In this document: positions 18,038 through 27,700 of the stretch, piece by piece
Numbering within the stretch: the first letter of the stretch is position 1
How the letters are laid out: every line of letters starts with the position of its first letter
Program-made: the position numbers and the translations under genes
Notes under the pieces: model-generated
The model's input: only the letters and a program-made list of their open reading frames with translations
The model's database searches: none
What the model was told of the DNA's origin: nothing
Assembly (NCBI GenBank): GCA_903915655.1
Contig: CAIWTU010000039.1
Span: forward strand, 24,113-88,112
DNA from: an uncultured Geobacter sp.
GTDB lineage: Bacteria > Desulfobacterota > Desulfuromonadia > Geobacterales > Geobacteraceae
Direction: 5' to 3'
DNA length: 64,000 nucleotides

Positions 18038-18403
18038 ATGACTAAATTTGCAGGCGAAAAGATGTTGATGCGGATACACGTCAGCGAAAGCGATAAGCAT
18101 GGCCATATGCCGCTCTATGAAGCTTTAGTGGAACTTTTCATGAAAGAGGGGTTTGCCGGAGCAACCGTATTGCGAGGGGTTGCGGGGTTCGGGCCACATC
18201 TTGTCTATCATAGCAGCAAGCTCTTGGACATATCAAAAAGTCTGCCGATGATTGTAGAGGTTGTGGCGAGTGAGGATAAGGTTAATGCCGTCATGCCCAG
18301 GATCGATGAAATGATGCAAGGTGGGCTGATCACCCTTGAGTCTGTGCGTGTAATCAGGTATTGTGACAAAAATGATAAGGAATGCCTTCTCCATTCGCCG
18401 TAA
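18038..18403 (+). CDS. DUF190 (PII-like) protein, commonly linked to crcB
   Basis: …LMRIHVSESDKHGHMPLYEALVELFMKEGFAGATVLRGVAGFG… matches the DUF190 pattern. It lies directly downstream of crcB. Confidence 0.8.
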   Translation: MTKFAGEKMLMRIHVSESDKHGHMPLYEALVELFMKEGFAGATVLRGVAGFGPHLVYHSSKLLDISKSLPMIVEVVASEDKVNAVMPRIDEMMQGGLITLESVRVIRYCDKNDKECLLHSP

Positions 18404-18423
18404 AAGTGTAACTCAATGATCTG

Positions 18424-18945
18424 ATGGCGGGAAGTATGACAAATATTATGAAGGATATGAAAAAACTGTTGCTTGAAATGACGGTTATCATTTTTGTCGC
18501 CTCACTGATAGGAATAATCCTTAACCACAAGATGCTCCTGAAGGTCTGTTCGGGGAGATTTGATCTCTCCAAGATAACTTCTCCCGGCGTCCAGAGAATG
18601 GAGAAAATCCCGATGCCGGTCGGGCTTCTCCAGGCAAAGGAACTCTTCGAGCGCAAAGAGGCGGTTTTTGTCGATGCCCGCGATGCCTCGTTTTTCTCCC
18701 GTGGACATCTCAAAGGGGCCGTTCTGATGCCGCTCGGGGAATCAGAACTGAACCTGGCTCGATTTATGGTTAAGGTTCCATCCTCGGCCACCCTGGTTAT
18801 CTACTGTAATGGCTACGATTGTCGTGACAGCATGACATTAGGTGCTAAATTGATGGAGAAGGGATACCGGAAGGTTTATGTTTATGAGGGAGGTTACCCG
18901 GAATGGAGAGACGCCGGTCTCCCTATAGAGAGAGAAGCGCCATGA
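18424..18945 (+). CDS. Membrane-anchored rhodanese-domain protein
   Basis: N-terminal TM helix and a rhodanese active-site loop context (LVIYCNGYDCRDS…GGYPEW). Confidence 0.8.
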   Translation: MAGSMTNIMKDMKKLLLEMTVIIFVASLIGIILNHKMLLKVCSGRFDLSKITSPGVQRMEKIPMPVGLLQAKELFERKEAVFVDARDASFFSRGHLKGAVLMPLGESELNLARFMVKVPSSATLVIYCNGYDCRDSMTLGAKLMEKGYRKVYVYEGGYPEWRDAGLPIEREAP

Positions 18946-19379
18946 TGCGGAACAGGAAGAGATATTTCCGGATTTTGGTACGAATTGTCCTGGGCCTTGT
19001 TTTTATCTACGCTTCGATCCACAAGATTCGCGATCCGGTTGCCTTTGCCGGCGCTGTTGCCGCCTACAACATCCTCCCATACGGCTTGAACTTTCTGGTA
19101 GCGGCGATTCTTCCCTGGGTCGAATTGATCTCTGGTCTCCTTCTGGTTATCGGATACAGGGTAAAGGCCGCGGCATCAATCGTTATTGCCATGAACCTTT
19201 TTTTTATAGTGGCGCTTTCCTCGACTATTGTTCGTGGACTTGACATCGATTGCGGTTGCTTCAAGCAGGGAGGGGGGAAAACTCCAGCCTGGGAGGTAAT
19301 TATCAGAGATGTTATCTTCCTTGTGACAGCAATATTTCTGGTTCTCAATAAACAAAAGCCCGGTAAACGGTTAAGCTGA
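18942..19379 (+). CDS. MauE/DoxX-family membrane protein
   Basis: Four TM helices with FIYASIHKIRDPVAFAGAVAAYNILP typical of MauE/DoxX. ATGA overlap with the rhodanese gene stop. Confidence 0.7.
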   Translation: MMRNRKRYFRILVRIVLGLVFIYASIHKIRDPVAFAGAVAAYNILPYGLNFLVAAILPWVELISGLLLVIGYRVKAAASIVIAMNLFFIVALSSTIVRGLDIDCGCFKQGGGKTPAWEVIIRDVIFLVTAIFLVLNKQKPGKRLS

Positions 19380-19412
19380 TGGTCCCTATTCTTTATTTAT
19401 CAGAGGTGCTGC

Positions 19413-20000
19413 TTGGAGATTAATATCTTGTTTGTAATATCTGCCTATCTGCTTGGCTCCATACCGACCGGGCTTCTGCTGGCGAAGGCCTTTTGCGGGG
19501 TTGACATCCGTTCGACCGGGAGCGGTAATATCGGGGCTACCAACGTCTATCGAACTATCGGCCCCAGAATAGGTATCCTGACCCTGTTTGGTGATTGCCT
19601 CAAGGGGGCGCTCCCGGTTGTGATTGCGAAAAGTCTTGCTCTCCCGGTATACTGGATTGCACTTATCGGTCTGGCGGCATTTCTGGGACATGTATATACT
19701 GTTTTTCTCGGTTTCAAGGGGGGAAAGGGAGTTGCAACCGCGCTCGGAGTTTTCCTGGCGGCATCCCCTTTGGCAGTTCTGGTTGCGTTGGTTGTTTTTT
19801 CGCTGGTTCTCTACAGATGGCGATATGTATCTCTAGCGTCTATTACCGCATCGGCGCTGATGCCATCCCTGGTGGCGCTTATTGATGGAGAGCCGGCTAT
19901 TGTGTTGATGACCCTTGTGATAGCGGCAGTTGTAATATTAAAGCACAGGGAAAACATCAAAAGGCTCAAAAACGGTACGGAAAATAAATTCAAGGCATAA
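19413..20000 (+). CDS. plsY: Glycerol-3-phosphate acyltransferase PlsY
   Basis: AYLLGSIP…GSGNIGATNVYR…GGKGVAT signatures. TTG start. Confidence 0.9.
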   Translation: MEINILFVISAYLLGSIPTGLLLAKAFCGVDIRSTGSGNIGATNVYRTIGPRIGILTLFGDCLKGALPVVIAKSLALPVYWIALIGLAAFLGHVYTVFLGFKGGKGVATALGVFLAASPLAVLVALVVFSLVLYRWRYVSLASITASALMPSLVALIDGEPAIVLMTLVIAAVVILKHRENIKRLKNGTENKFKA

Positions 20001-20234
20001 AAAAGCCGGCATACCGACCCATTTCATCGGCTGTAGATTATGCGGGGTATCAGAGGCTCTTGTAAAACTCCGGGAATGTCAAGAAAATACCTTCCTTGCA
20101 GGGGGGAATGCTTTTGGGCGTGCCTCATTGATTACCGGGCTGAAACACCGACGTACCGGTGACGGCTGGAAGAGGCAAAGGGAGTGGGGTGACGATCTGG
20201 TCGTGAGAAAAGGTGCCTGTTGCCAGGCATAAGG

Positions 20235-20687
20235 CTACATGTCTGTAAGGACCTTTTCATCGTAGATCGACTCCAGGATGTACTTATGTCTTTTCTCCTC
20301 ATTTGCGAGCATGAGGAAGAGCTTTTTGAGTTCCGGATCATCGGTCATCGCTTCCGCCTCATTATACAGTCTGCATGACTTTTCTTCGCCCTTCATGGAG
20401 TAGACCAGAATTTCCTGGTAGGTCATATCCTCCCGGTATGGGATATCTATCAGATATTCGCTGATTTTCAGGTCCGGAACCTTCTTTAACTTGTAAAGGG
20501 CAATTTTTTCCTTATTCAGTTGCTTTATAAATCGAATATGCTCTTCCTCCTGCTTTGCCATTTCATCGAAGAGTTTTCGGGCGGAGGGACTTGCCGACAT
20601 CTTTGCAGCGGATTTATAGAGCCTGAAGGATGCATCTTCTTTTTCCAGTGCAAATTCCAATATGTCTTCTATCGTACCGAATTCCAT
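20235..20687 (-). CDS. Rubrerythrin/ferritin-like four-helix-bundle protein
   Basis: Two E…EEEH / E…EKRH diiron-type helices (MAKQEEEHIRF, LANEEKRHKYIL). Confidence 0.75.
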   Translation of the reverse strand: MEFGTIEDILEFALEKEDASFRLYKSAAKMSASPSARKLFDEMAKQEEEHIRFIKQLNKEKIALYKLKKVPDLKISEYLIDIPYREDMTYQEILVYSMKGEEKSCRLYNEAEAMTDDPELKKLFLMLANEEKRHKYILESIYDEKVLTDM

Positions 20688-20823
20688 CTGTCATGCCTCC
20701 TTTTAGCGAGGACCCGTAAAGTCTTTTTTATGGATAGAGTCCATGACTCTTTTAACAACAAATGTTTACATTGTCAAGAAAGGTTAGGGTCTAGCCACTA
20801 TCTCCGGGATATCTTGAGAATAT

Positions 20824-21966
20824 ATGTTCGAACTATTTAAGAGGATCGGTTCCTTAATTATGAAGTTGACCTTGTCGAGAAAGAATTTACTTGGGATCTC
20901 GCTCTTTATAACTCTGGTTGTAACTCTCCCACTCAATATCTATCTCATTTTCCTCCTATCCTCTCCCGGGACAGGCAAGAATGTCAAGATCTTGGATCTC
21001 CGCGAAGGATACAGCCTGAAAAAAATTGCCGGGGAACTCAAACGTTCACGGATTATTTCTAGTGAATGGCTGTTTATACTTTATGCCAGGCTCCAGGGGG
21101 TTGATGATAAGGTCAAGGCTGGCGCTTACCAGTTTAATGATGGTATGAAGCCGCCGAATATCCTCCATAGATTGATAACAGGCGAGGTTTATAACTTGAG
21201 GTTTGCGGTTCCGGAAGGATATTCCATCTACCAGATTGCCCTCCTTCTTGAGAATCGAGGTCTGTTCCGCCGGGAGGCTTTTCTTGCACAATGTTTCAAC
21301 CGGTCTCTGCTTGCCGAACTCGGAATAAAGGGACCAACTATTGAGGGGTATCTTTACCCAAGCACCTATAATATAACCCCACATACTACCGAGGCTGATC
21401 TGATCAGGGGGATGGTAAGCCAGTTCAAGAAGCGCTTCTCTCCGGAAATGGGTATAAAGGCGAAAATGCTGCGTATGGATACCAACGAAATTCTGACCCT
21501 TGCATCCATGGTAGAAAAAGAGGCTGTTTCGCCTGCAGAACGCCCGTTGATAGCTTCGGTTTTTCATAACCGGTTGAAGAGAAAAATGCCTCTCCAGAGC
21601 GACCCCACAGCCGTATACCGGTCGCGGGCATTTGCCGGGAAGATTTCAAGGCGTGATATTCAGAGCGATTCACCTTACAATACCTATAAAATCAGTGGGC
21701 TGCCCCCCGGACCGATCGGCAATCCGGGAATTGAAGCGATAAATGCCGTGCTTAGTCCGGCTAAAACGAAGTATCTTTATTTTGTAGCCAAACTGGATGG
21801 TACCCACTGTTTTTCGACCACTCTGAACGAGCATAACAGGGCGGTGCATAAGTATCTGAGATCCGGAGCAGCCGTTGCGGAGAGTTCGGAACCGACAGCT
21901 CCGGAGTACCGGAACGATTATCCGGTAATAAAAAGTGGGGTAGATTCAGGGCCGGTCTCTCCATAG
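20824..21966 (+). CDS. mltG: Endolytic murein transglycosylase MltG (YceG-like)
   Basis: N-terminal TM anchor, YceG domain signatures (…EGYLYPSTY…, ILTLASMVEKEA, PLQSDPT, YNTYKISGLPPGPI). Confidence 0.9.
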   Translation: MFELFKRIGSLIMKLTLSRKNLLGISLFITLVVTLPLNIYLIFLLSSPGTGKNVKILDLREGYSLKKIAGELKRSRIISSEWLFILYARLQGVDDKVKAGAYQFNDGMKPPNILHRLITGEVYNLRFAVPEGYSIYQIALLLENRGLFRREAFLAQCFNRSLLAELGIKGPTIEGYLYPSTYNITPHTTEADLIRGMVSQFKKRFSPEMGIKAKMLRMDTNEILTLASMVEKEAVSPAERPLIASVFHNRLKRKMPLQSDPTAVYRSRAFAGKISRRDIQSDSPYNTYKISGLPPGPIGNPGIEAINAVLSPAKTKYLYFVAKLDGTHCFSTTLNEHNRAVHKYLRSGAAVAESSEPTAPEYRNDYPVIKSGVDSGPVSP

Positions 21967-22082
21967 GCGCCTGTAATCCGGTTTTTCAGGTGTCTGATGA
22001 AATATACGGTCTGATAAATCAGCCTCATTATTTGTTAATAAAGGGGAGAGCAATTCCCTTGCGGGGAGAAACTACGCTGGAT

Positions 22083-22829
22083 TCAGGGTAGATTGGTGAA
22101 GAGGAGGGAACCATCTGCCAAAATCGCTCTCCTGATCCGGTTTTTTTTGTGTGAAATCTCGCGATAAGTAGTTTTAAGTTGCCCGGCATCGCCCTCTCCT
22201 GAAAAAGAGGAGGTTACATTAACCCCCTCCCTCCATGCCTCAAAGTGGAGATGCGGTCCGGTTGAGCGTCCAGTCGAGCCGGAAAGCGCGATAACCGTAT
22301 CTCTCCCGGCCTCTTCACCTGATGCTGCCATGTTGAGGCTGTTATGGGCGTAAACGGTTCTCATTCCATCCTGGTGTTGTACAATTATCATCTTTCCGTG
22401 ACCAGGCTCGTCGCCGCTGTAAACAATTCTTCCCGCAGCCACCGGTTTTATAGGTGTCCCCACCGGAATAGCTATATCGACTCCCTTGTGAAAGCGGAAA
22501 ACACCGTCAAAAGGGTCGCTCCGCATGCCGACCAGAGAGGTTATTCTCCCTTGCACAGGGAGGGATGCCTCTTGAGAAGAGGCGCCTGCTTCTCCCCCCC
22601 GGGTTGCCATCCTTGGGGTTGTTAAGTTTTTTCGCTCCGGCTTTCTTACCCCCTTGTTTGGAATTATTTTCCGGGCAGGTGCGGGTTCTCTGATAATCAG
22701 GATAGCTCCTTGATCTGACGGTGAATCGGTAAAACATTCAACCCCGTCTTCAGAAACATATCTGTAAATATCAGCAAAAGCCTCACTTGTGGAGAATATA
22801 AAAAAGATGAGAAAGAAACCGGCTATCAT
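22083..22829 (-). CDS. M23-family (LytM-type) peptidase
   Basis: Signal peptide. HKGVDIA…GTP…, HLHFE metal-binding motifs. Confidence 0.85.
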   Translation of the reverse strand: MIAGFFLIFFIFSTSEAFADIYRYVSEDGVECFTDSPSDQGAILIIREPAPARKIIPNKGVRKPERKNLTTPRMATRGGEAGASSQEASLPVQGRITSLVGMRSDPFDGVFRFHKGVDIAIPVGTPIKPVAAGRIVYSGDEPGHGKMIIVQHQDGMRTVYAHNSLNMAASGEEAGRDTVIALSGSTGRSTGPHLHFEAWREGVNVTSSFSGEGDAGQLKTTYREISHKKNRIRRAILADGSLLFTNLP

Positions 22830-22986
22830 TGCGATAGTGATGCTCCTTGGTAATTTTCAGACCTAAACCCTCTTTCGGCAACGATCTATTCAATACGGAT
22901 AGTATACAGATTGAGAAACTCTTTAGCAAGTAAAGGGGGGGGAGGGTGAGAGCGGCAATTAGAGCCGGATAATAATTCAACTCTTT

Positions 22987-24141
22987 CTACTTCTCACTCT
23001 TCGAATGCCGCAGTTCGATCACCGTTATTTCCGGATGCGCCAGGAAGCGGATTGGCGGCCCCCAGACGCCGGTCCCCCTGTTCACGTAAAGGGCCGAGTT
23101 CAGGGGGAGCAGCGAATAACCTGTCCTTACAGGATAAAAGAGATAGGTCAACAGGTTGAAGGGGAATATCTGCCCCTTATGGACATGACCGGACAATTGC
23201 AGGTCGAATAGACCGAGGCTTTCCTGTTCTATAACAGGGCGATGTTTGAGAAAGAGGGTAAATTTTTCATGGGGCAGTTCCTTTAGCAGGGTCTTTTCCG
23301 AAACCGGTGTCTCGTGGCTGATCCTGCTGACCAGAGGGTCATCTACCCCGGCGATATTAAGCAACCCGCCAGCCACCACATTTTGCCCGCGCAAAACCTT
23401 GAACCCCGCTTTCCCGGTGAAAGAGAGGGAGTTACTGAACCCTGCGTAGACCTCATGATTGCCGGTAACTGCATATTTGCCGTATCTCGGTTTGATATCA
23501 TTCAGAAGTTCAGCCATTCCGGGCATCCCGTTAATTTCCCCATCCAGAAGGTCACCGGTAGATACAAGAATATCGGGCGAGGCTGCCTTGACCTTGTCAA
23601 TGATCTTCGAGAGGCGCTCTTTTCTTACGATCAGCCCCAGATGCATATCGGATATCTGTACAATGGTCAGTCTGCCGGCGGATTCGGGAATCTTCGATGT
23701 CACAATTACCAGTCGCTCGCTCTTTATATCCATAGCCTCGAAGTAACCATAAAGAGTAGCAGCTGTTCCGAAGACAAAGGGTAGAGCAAGGGCGACTCGC
23801 TTTGAGAGAAAAAATGGGGTAAAGTCCCTCTCGGAGAGAAACCGTGCGCAATGAAAAACTCCATGATAAATATCTGTGATCAGTGAGGCGCAAAAATAGA
23901 GGAAGAGGAACCCCATCCATGAATAACCTGCATAGGCCAGGATCCGTGCCGAAGTTTCCACCCCCACTCTTTCCAGCACTCTGACCAGAATCGGGGTAAA
24001 TACCATTGCCAGCAGGAAGATCGCGAGAAAGGAGCCGGAAAAGGCGCCAAAGGAGAAGGCTGCCTTGACCTTGAGGAAAAAATAGAGATGCATACCCCCA
24101 TACAGGATTAAAAAAGCGAGGAGAAACAGGCTCATCACCAC
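22987..24141 (-). CDS. Membrane-anchored metallophosphoesterase (YkuE/YaeI-like)
   Basis: N-terminal TM helices, then calcineurin-like motifs (ISDMHLG, TGDLLD, GNHE, GHVH). Confidence 0.85.
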   Translation of the reverse strand: MVMSLFLLAFLILYGGMHLYFFLKVKAAFSFGAFSGSFLAIFLLAMVFTPILVRVLERVGVETSARILAYAGYSWMGFLFLYFCASLITDIYHGVFHCARFLSERDFTPFFLSKRVALALPFVFGTAATLYGYFEAMDIKSERLVIVTSKIPESAGRLTIVQISDMHLGLIVRKERLSKIIDKVKAASPDILVSTGDLLDGEINGMPGMAELLNDIKPRYGKYAVTGNHEVYAGFSNSLSFTGKAGFKVLRGQNVVAGGLLNIAGVDDPLVSRISHETPVSEKTLLKELPHEKFTLFLKHRPVIEQESLGLFDLQLSGHVHKGQIFPFNLLTYLFYPVRTGYSLLPLNSALYVNRGTGVWGPPIRFLAHPEITVIELRHSKSEK

Positions 24142-24162
24142 TCCATCCGCAGCTGAAAATAT

Positions 24163-24519
24163 TTAATTCTGGTTACTTTCTGAACTTATCAAGAGGCTCA
24201 AGAGAGAACTTATGATACTGAAAACCAGCGCACCGAGGAAAGCGTGCCAGTACCCGGCAATTACAAAACCGTGTACAAGCTGAGCTACAAGGTAGAAGAT
24301 GAAGCCGTTAATTATAAGGGTGAAAAGCCCTAGGGTAAGGATATTCACCGGCAAGGTCAGCACGATAAGCACCGGCCTGACGAAGGCATTCAGAAGCCCA
24401 AGGACGAGAGCTGCGGCGATGGTGGCCAGCCAGCTGCTTATGCTGATACCGGAAACGATATGTACGACCAGGAAGAGGCTGATACCGTTGATAAGCCACC
24501 TTAGCAAAAAACGCTTCAT
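24163..24519 (-). CDS. Small 4-TM membrane protein of the PF04020 (phage-holin-4_2-like) family
   Basis: MKRFLLRWLINGISLFLVVHIV…LNAFVRPVLIVLTLPVNILTLGLF… follows the characteristic pattern of this family. Confidence 0.75.
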   Translation of the reverse strand: MKRFLLRWLINGISLFLVVHIVSGISISSWLATIAAALVLGLLNAFVRPVLIVLTLPVNILTLGLFTLIINGFIFYLVAQLVHGFVIAGYWHAFLGALVFSIISSLLSLLISSESNQN

Positions 24520-24770
24520 TGAGATACTCCTGATTCATCCCCTGATTCTACAGAACCATAACCATCTTCCTTTAAGAATCTGTATTCACGAATGATACCA
24601 TCAAACAGATAGTTATCAAGTCGGAACTAGAGACGGTTCGCATAGTTGTAAAAGGATAAATTCAACGGAGGAAGAGAGCTCTTGAGGCCCGCCGGAAACG
24701 GTAGATACTTGCCATGCAGACAGCCTCTGATATATTTAATCTGCTGTCATGTTTTCATAGGAGAAATTGA

Positions 24771-27700
24771 ATGAATCTCAGCAATGATGACTCCGGATTG
24801 ATGCCTGCCGAACGTGATGCCTGTGCTATTATCTGTTACGCCAACAAGGAGGGAAAGCCGACTCACGGCAATCTGCAGCGGACTGTAGAAGCTCTTGTCA
24901 AGATGGGACACCGCGCAGGGGAAACCAACGGCGAGGGAGATGGGTGCGGGGTCCTGACCGATATTCCGCGTCTGCTCTGGAGGGTTATACTTGAAGAGGC
25001 CGGCATGGCGCCGGAAATTGCCGAATCTCCAGAGTTTGCCGTAGGTCACTTCCTGATACCAAAGGATCTCCTCGCTGGGCGCCCGGGACTCCAGAACGAG
25101 ATTCTCCGGTTATGCAGTGAAAAAGGAGCAGTGGCGCTTTTAGGGCGTACGGGGGTGGTTCGTAGTGAAGTCCTTGCCGCCAATGCCCGAAAGAGTGAAC
25201 CGGTTTTCTGGCAGATTGCCCTTGATTGCCGCAACCAAAAAAATGCTTCTCTCCTCCTTTATGAACTCCAAACGGAGATAGAGCGGGACTATCCCCTCCA
25301 TATCGCTTCCCTCTCAAGGGAGATAGTTGCCTATAAAGTGCATGGGGCCCCGGAGTTGCTCTCCCGCTATTATCCAGAACTCAAACGGCGCGATTTCATG
25401 TCGTCTGTCACAATCGGCCACAGCCGCTATTCCACCAATACCCTTCCCACAGTGCTTCTTGCGCAGCCGTTCAGTATGCTGGGTCATAACGGCGAGATCA
25501 ATACCATTGCCCGTCTGCGCGAGGAGGGGCGTATCCTCGGTATTCCCCTCCCGGTGGGGGGGAGCGACTCCCAGGACGTGAACAGGGTGATGGAGGGACT
25601 GATCAACCTTTATGGCCTCACTCTTTTTGAGGCGATCGAGATGATATTCCCACCCATCTTTACCGAGATGGATCGTATGGGAGAGGAACTCCGGTCCATG
25701 TATACCTGGTTTCGCAGGTTTTTGTCCGCAAGCGCCCAAGGACCTGCCGGGATCATTGCACGGTGCGGTGGCCGTTGTGTATTCAGTGTGGATGCGATGG
25801 GCCTCCGTCCGCTCTGGTTTGGTGAGACGGAAAGAGAGTTTTTTGCTTCATCCGAGCTTGGAGTTGTCCCCCATGAGGAGATAATTTCAGACCCCAAACC
25901 ACTGGCGCCGGGTGAAAAATTGGGATTGCGGATCATACCCGGCAGGCCGGTTCAGCTCCTTGAACACCACGAACTGCGTGCGGAGACCCTTGCGCTTTTT
26001 CAGAGGAAAACAGACCTTGCCGCGTATGCCGGAAAGCTTGTCCGCGGGACCGCTCTGGAAGGAGCGTTAAGTCCGGCAGAAACCGGCTTCAGCAGGGGGA
26101 AGAGGTTCCAGCAGGAAAATCTGTTGATTGCCATGGGGTGGAAGACCAACGATGTTCTTTCCCTCAGGGAAATTGCCAAAAACTGTAGCGAACCGATCGG
26201 GTCGTTGGGGTATGATAGTCCGCTGGAAGCCCTTGCCGACCGGACGCTGCAGAATCTGGCCGATTATTTCAAGGAACAGGTTGCGGTGGTTACAAATCCG
26301 GCCATCGATCGGGAGAGGGAGGCAGCTCATTTTTCCACAAGGGTTTATCTTGGGCCAAAGCCCGTGATGCGAGGGGTGGCGCTCCCGGCGGTCGAACTGG
26401 CGGTCCCCCTGCTTCTCGGGGGGGAGCGATTGGGACAGGGGAGGGTACTCCCGGAATCGGGAGAAATGACCGGGAGCTGTACAGTTGAGTCGCTGCTGGC
26501 TCACTTTGGTCAGGGGAAAGGGAGGTTCCGCATCCTCTCCTGCACTCTCGGCCCGGATGAATCGATCCGTCAGGGACTGGAACGGCTGCAGAGAGAGGCG
26601 CAACATAACGTTTCCCGTGGCTGCAGGCTTTTGCTCCTGGACGACAGCAGGGCATTTGGCCCTTCAAGGAGCTTTCTCGATTCCGGTCTGGCAGTTGCGG
26701 CTCTGCACAAGTCCCTTTTGGAGAGTGTTGACGCAGATGGAAAGAGCCTCCGTCGGAAGACCTCTCTGGTGCTTCGTTCAGGGTCTCTCCGCAACCTCCA
26801 TGATCTTATTTTTACACTCGGGATGGGTGCCGATGCATTGTGCCCTTATCTTATGTGGGAGCTGGCTGCCCGTGAAGAAGGGGGTGTCAGCCACCTGATG
26901 GTGACCATGCAGGCCGGACTGGAGAAGGTTATGTCAACCATGGGAACCCATGAAATCGGTGGCTACGGCAAGTATTTCGCCTCGATAGGTCTTTCCTCGG
27001 AACTGGCCGAAATCTTTGGTACCCCCAATTTTTGCGGATCTGCCCGTAAAGGTCTCACCCTCGCGCGACTGGAAGAAGACAACCGGTCACGCAGGGTAAT
27101 TGCTCGCAGCAGCGGGAAGCAACCGATGGAGACCCCGTTTCGTCTCTACCCGAAGATCTGGAAAATGGCGGGATCCGTGGCCAAGATGGAGGAAAACTAC
27201 TCCGACTTTGCAGGTCTGGTCCGGAACCTGGAGAAGGAGACCCCTCTGTCGATCAGACATCTGCTCGACTTCCGGTTCAGTGGTGAGCTGACGGTGGATC
27301 CGGAAGAGGTCGATACTACGGTAGGTGAACACGCTCTCCCCATCCTGATTTCGGCCATGAGTTTCGGTTCCCAGGGGGAGACCCCCTTCCGAATCTATGC
27401 CGAGGCAGCAAAGAAGCTTAATATCATCTGCATGAACGGCGAAGGCGGGGAAATTGTCGACATGCTTGGGAAGTACCGTAAAAACCGGGGCCAGCAGATT
27501 GCGTCCGGACGCTTCGGGGTAAACATGGAGTATCTCAATTCGGCCGATATACTCGAAATCAAGGTTGGCCAGGGGGCGAAGCCGGGGGAGGGGGGGCATC
27601 TGCCGGGATTCAAGGTAACAGAAAAGATAGCTGCTGCACGTAACGCAACTCCCGGCGTTTCGCTCATCTCTCCCTCAAATAACCACGACATTTATTCCAT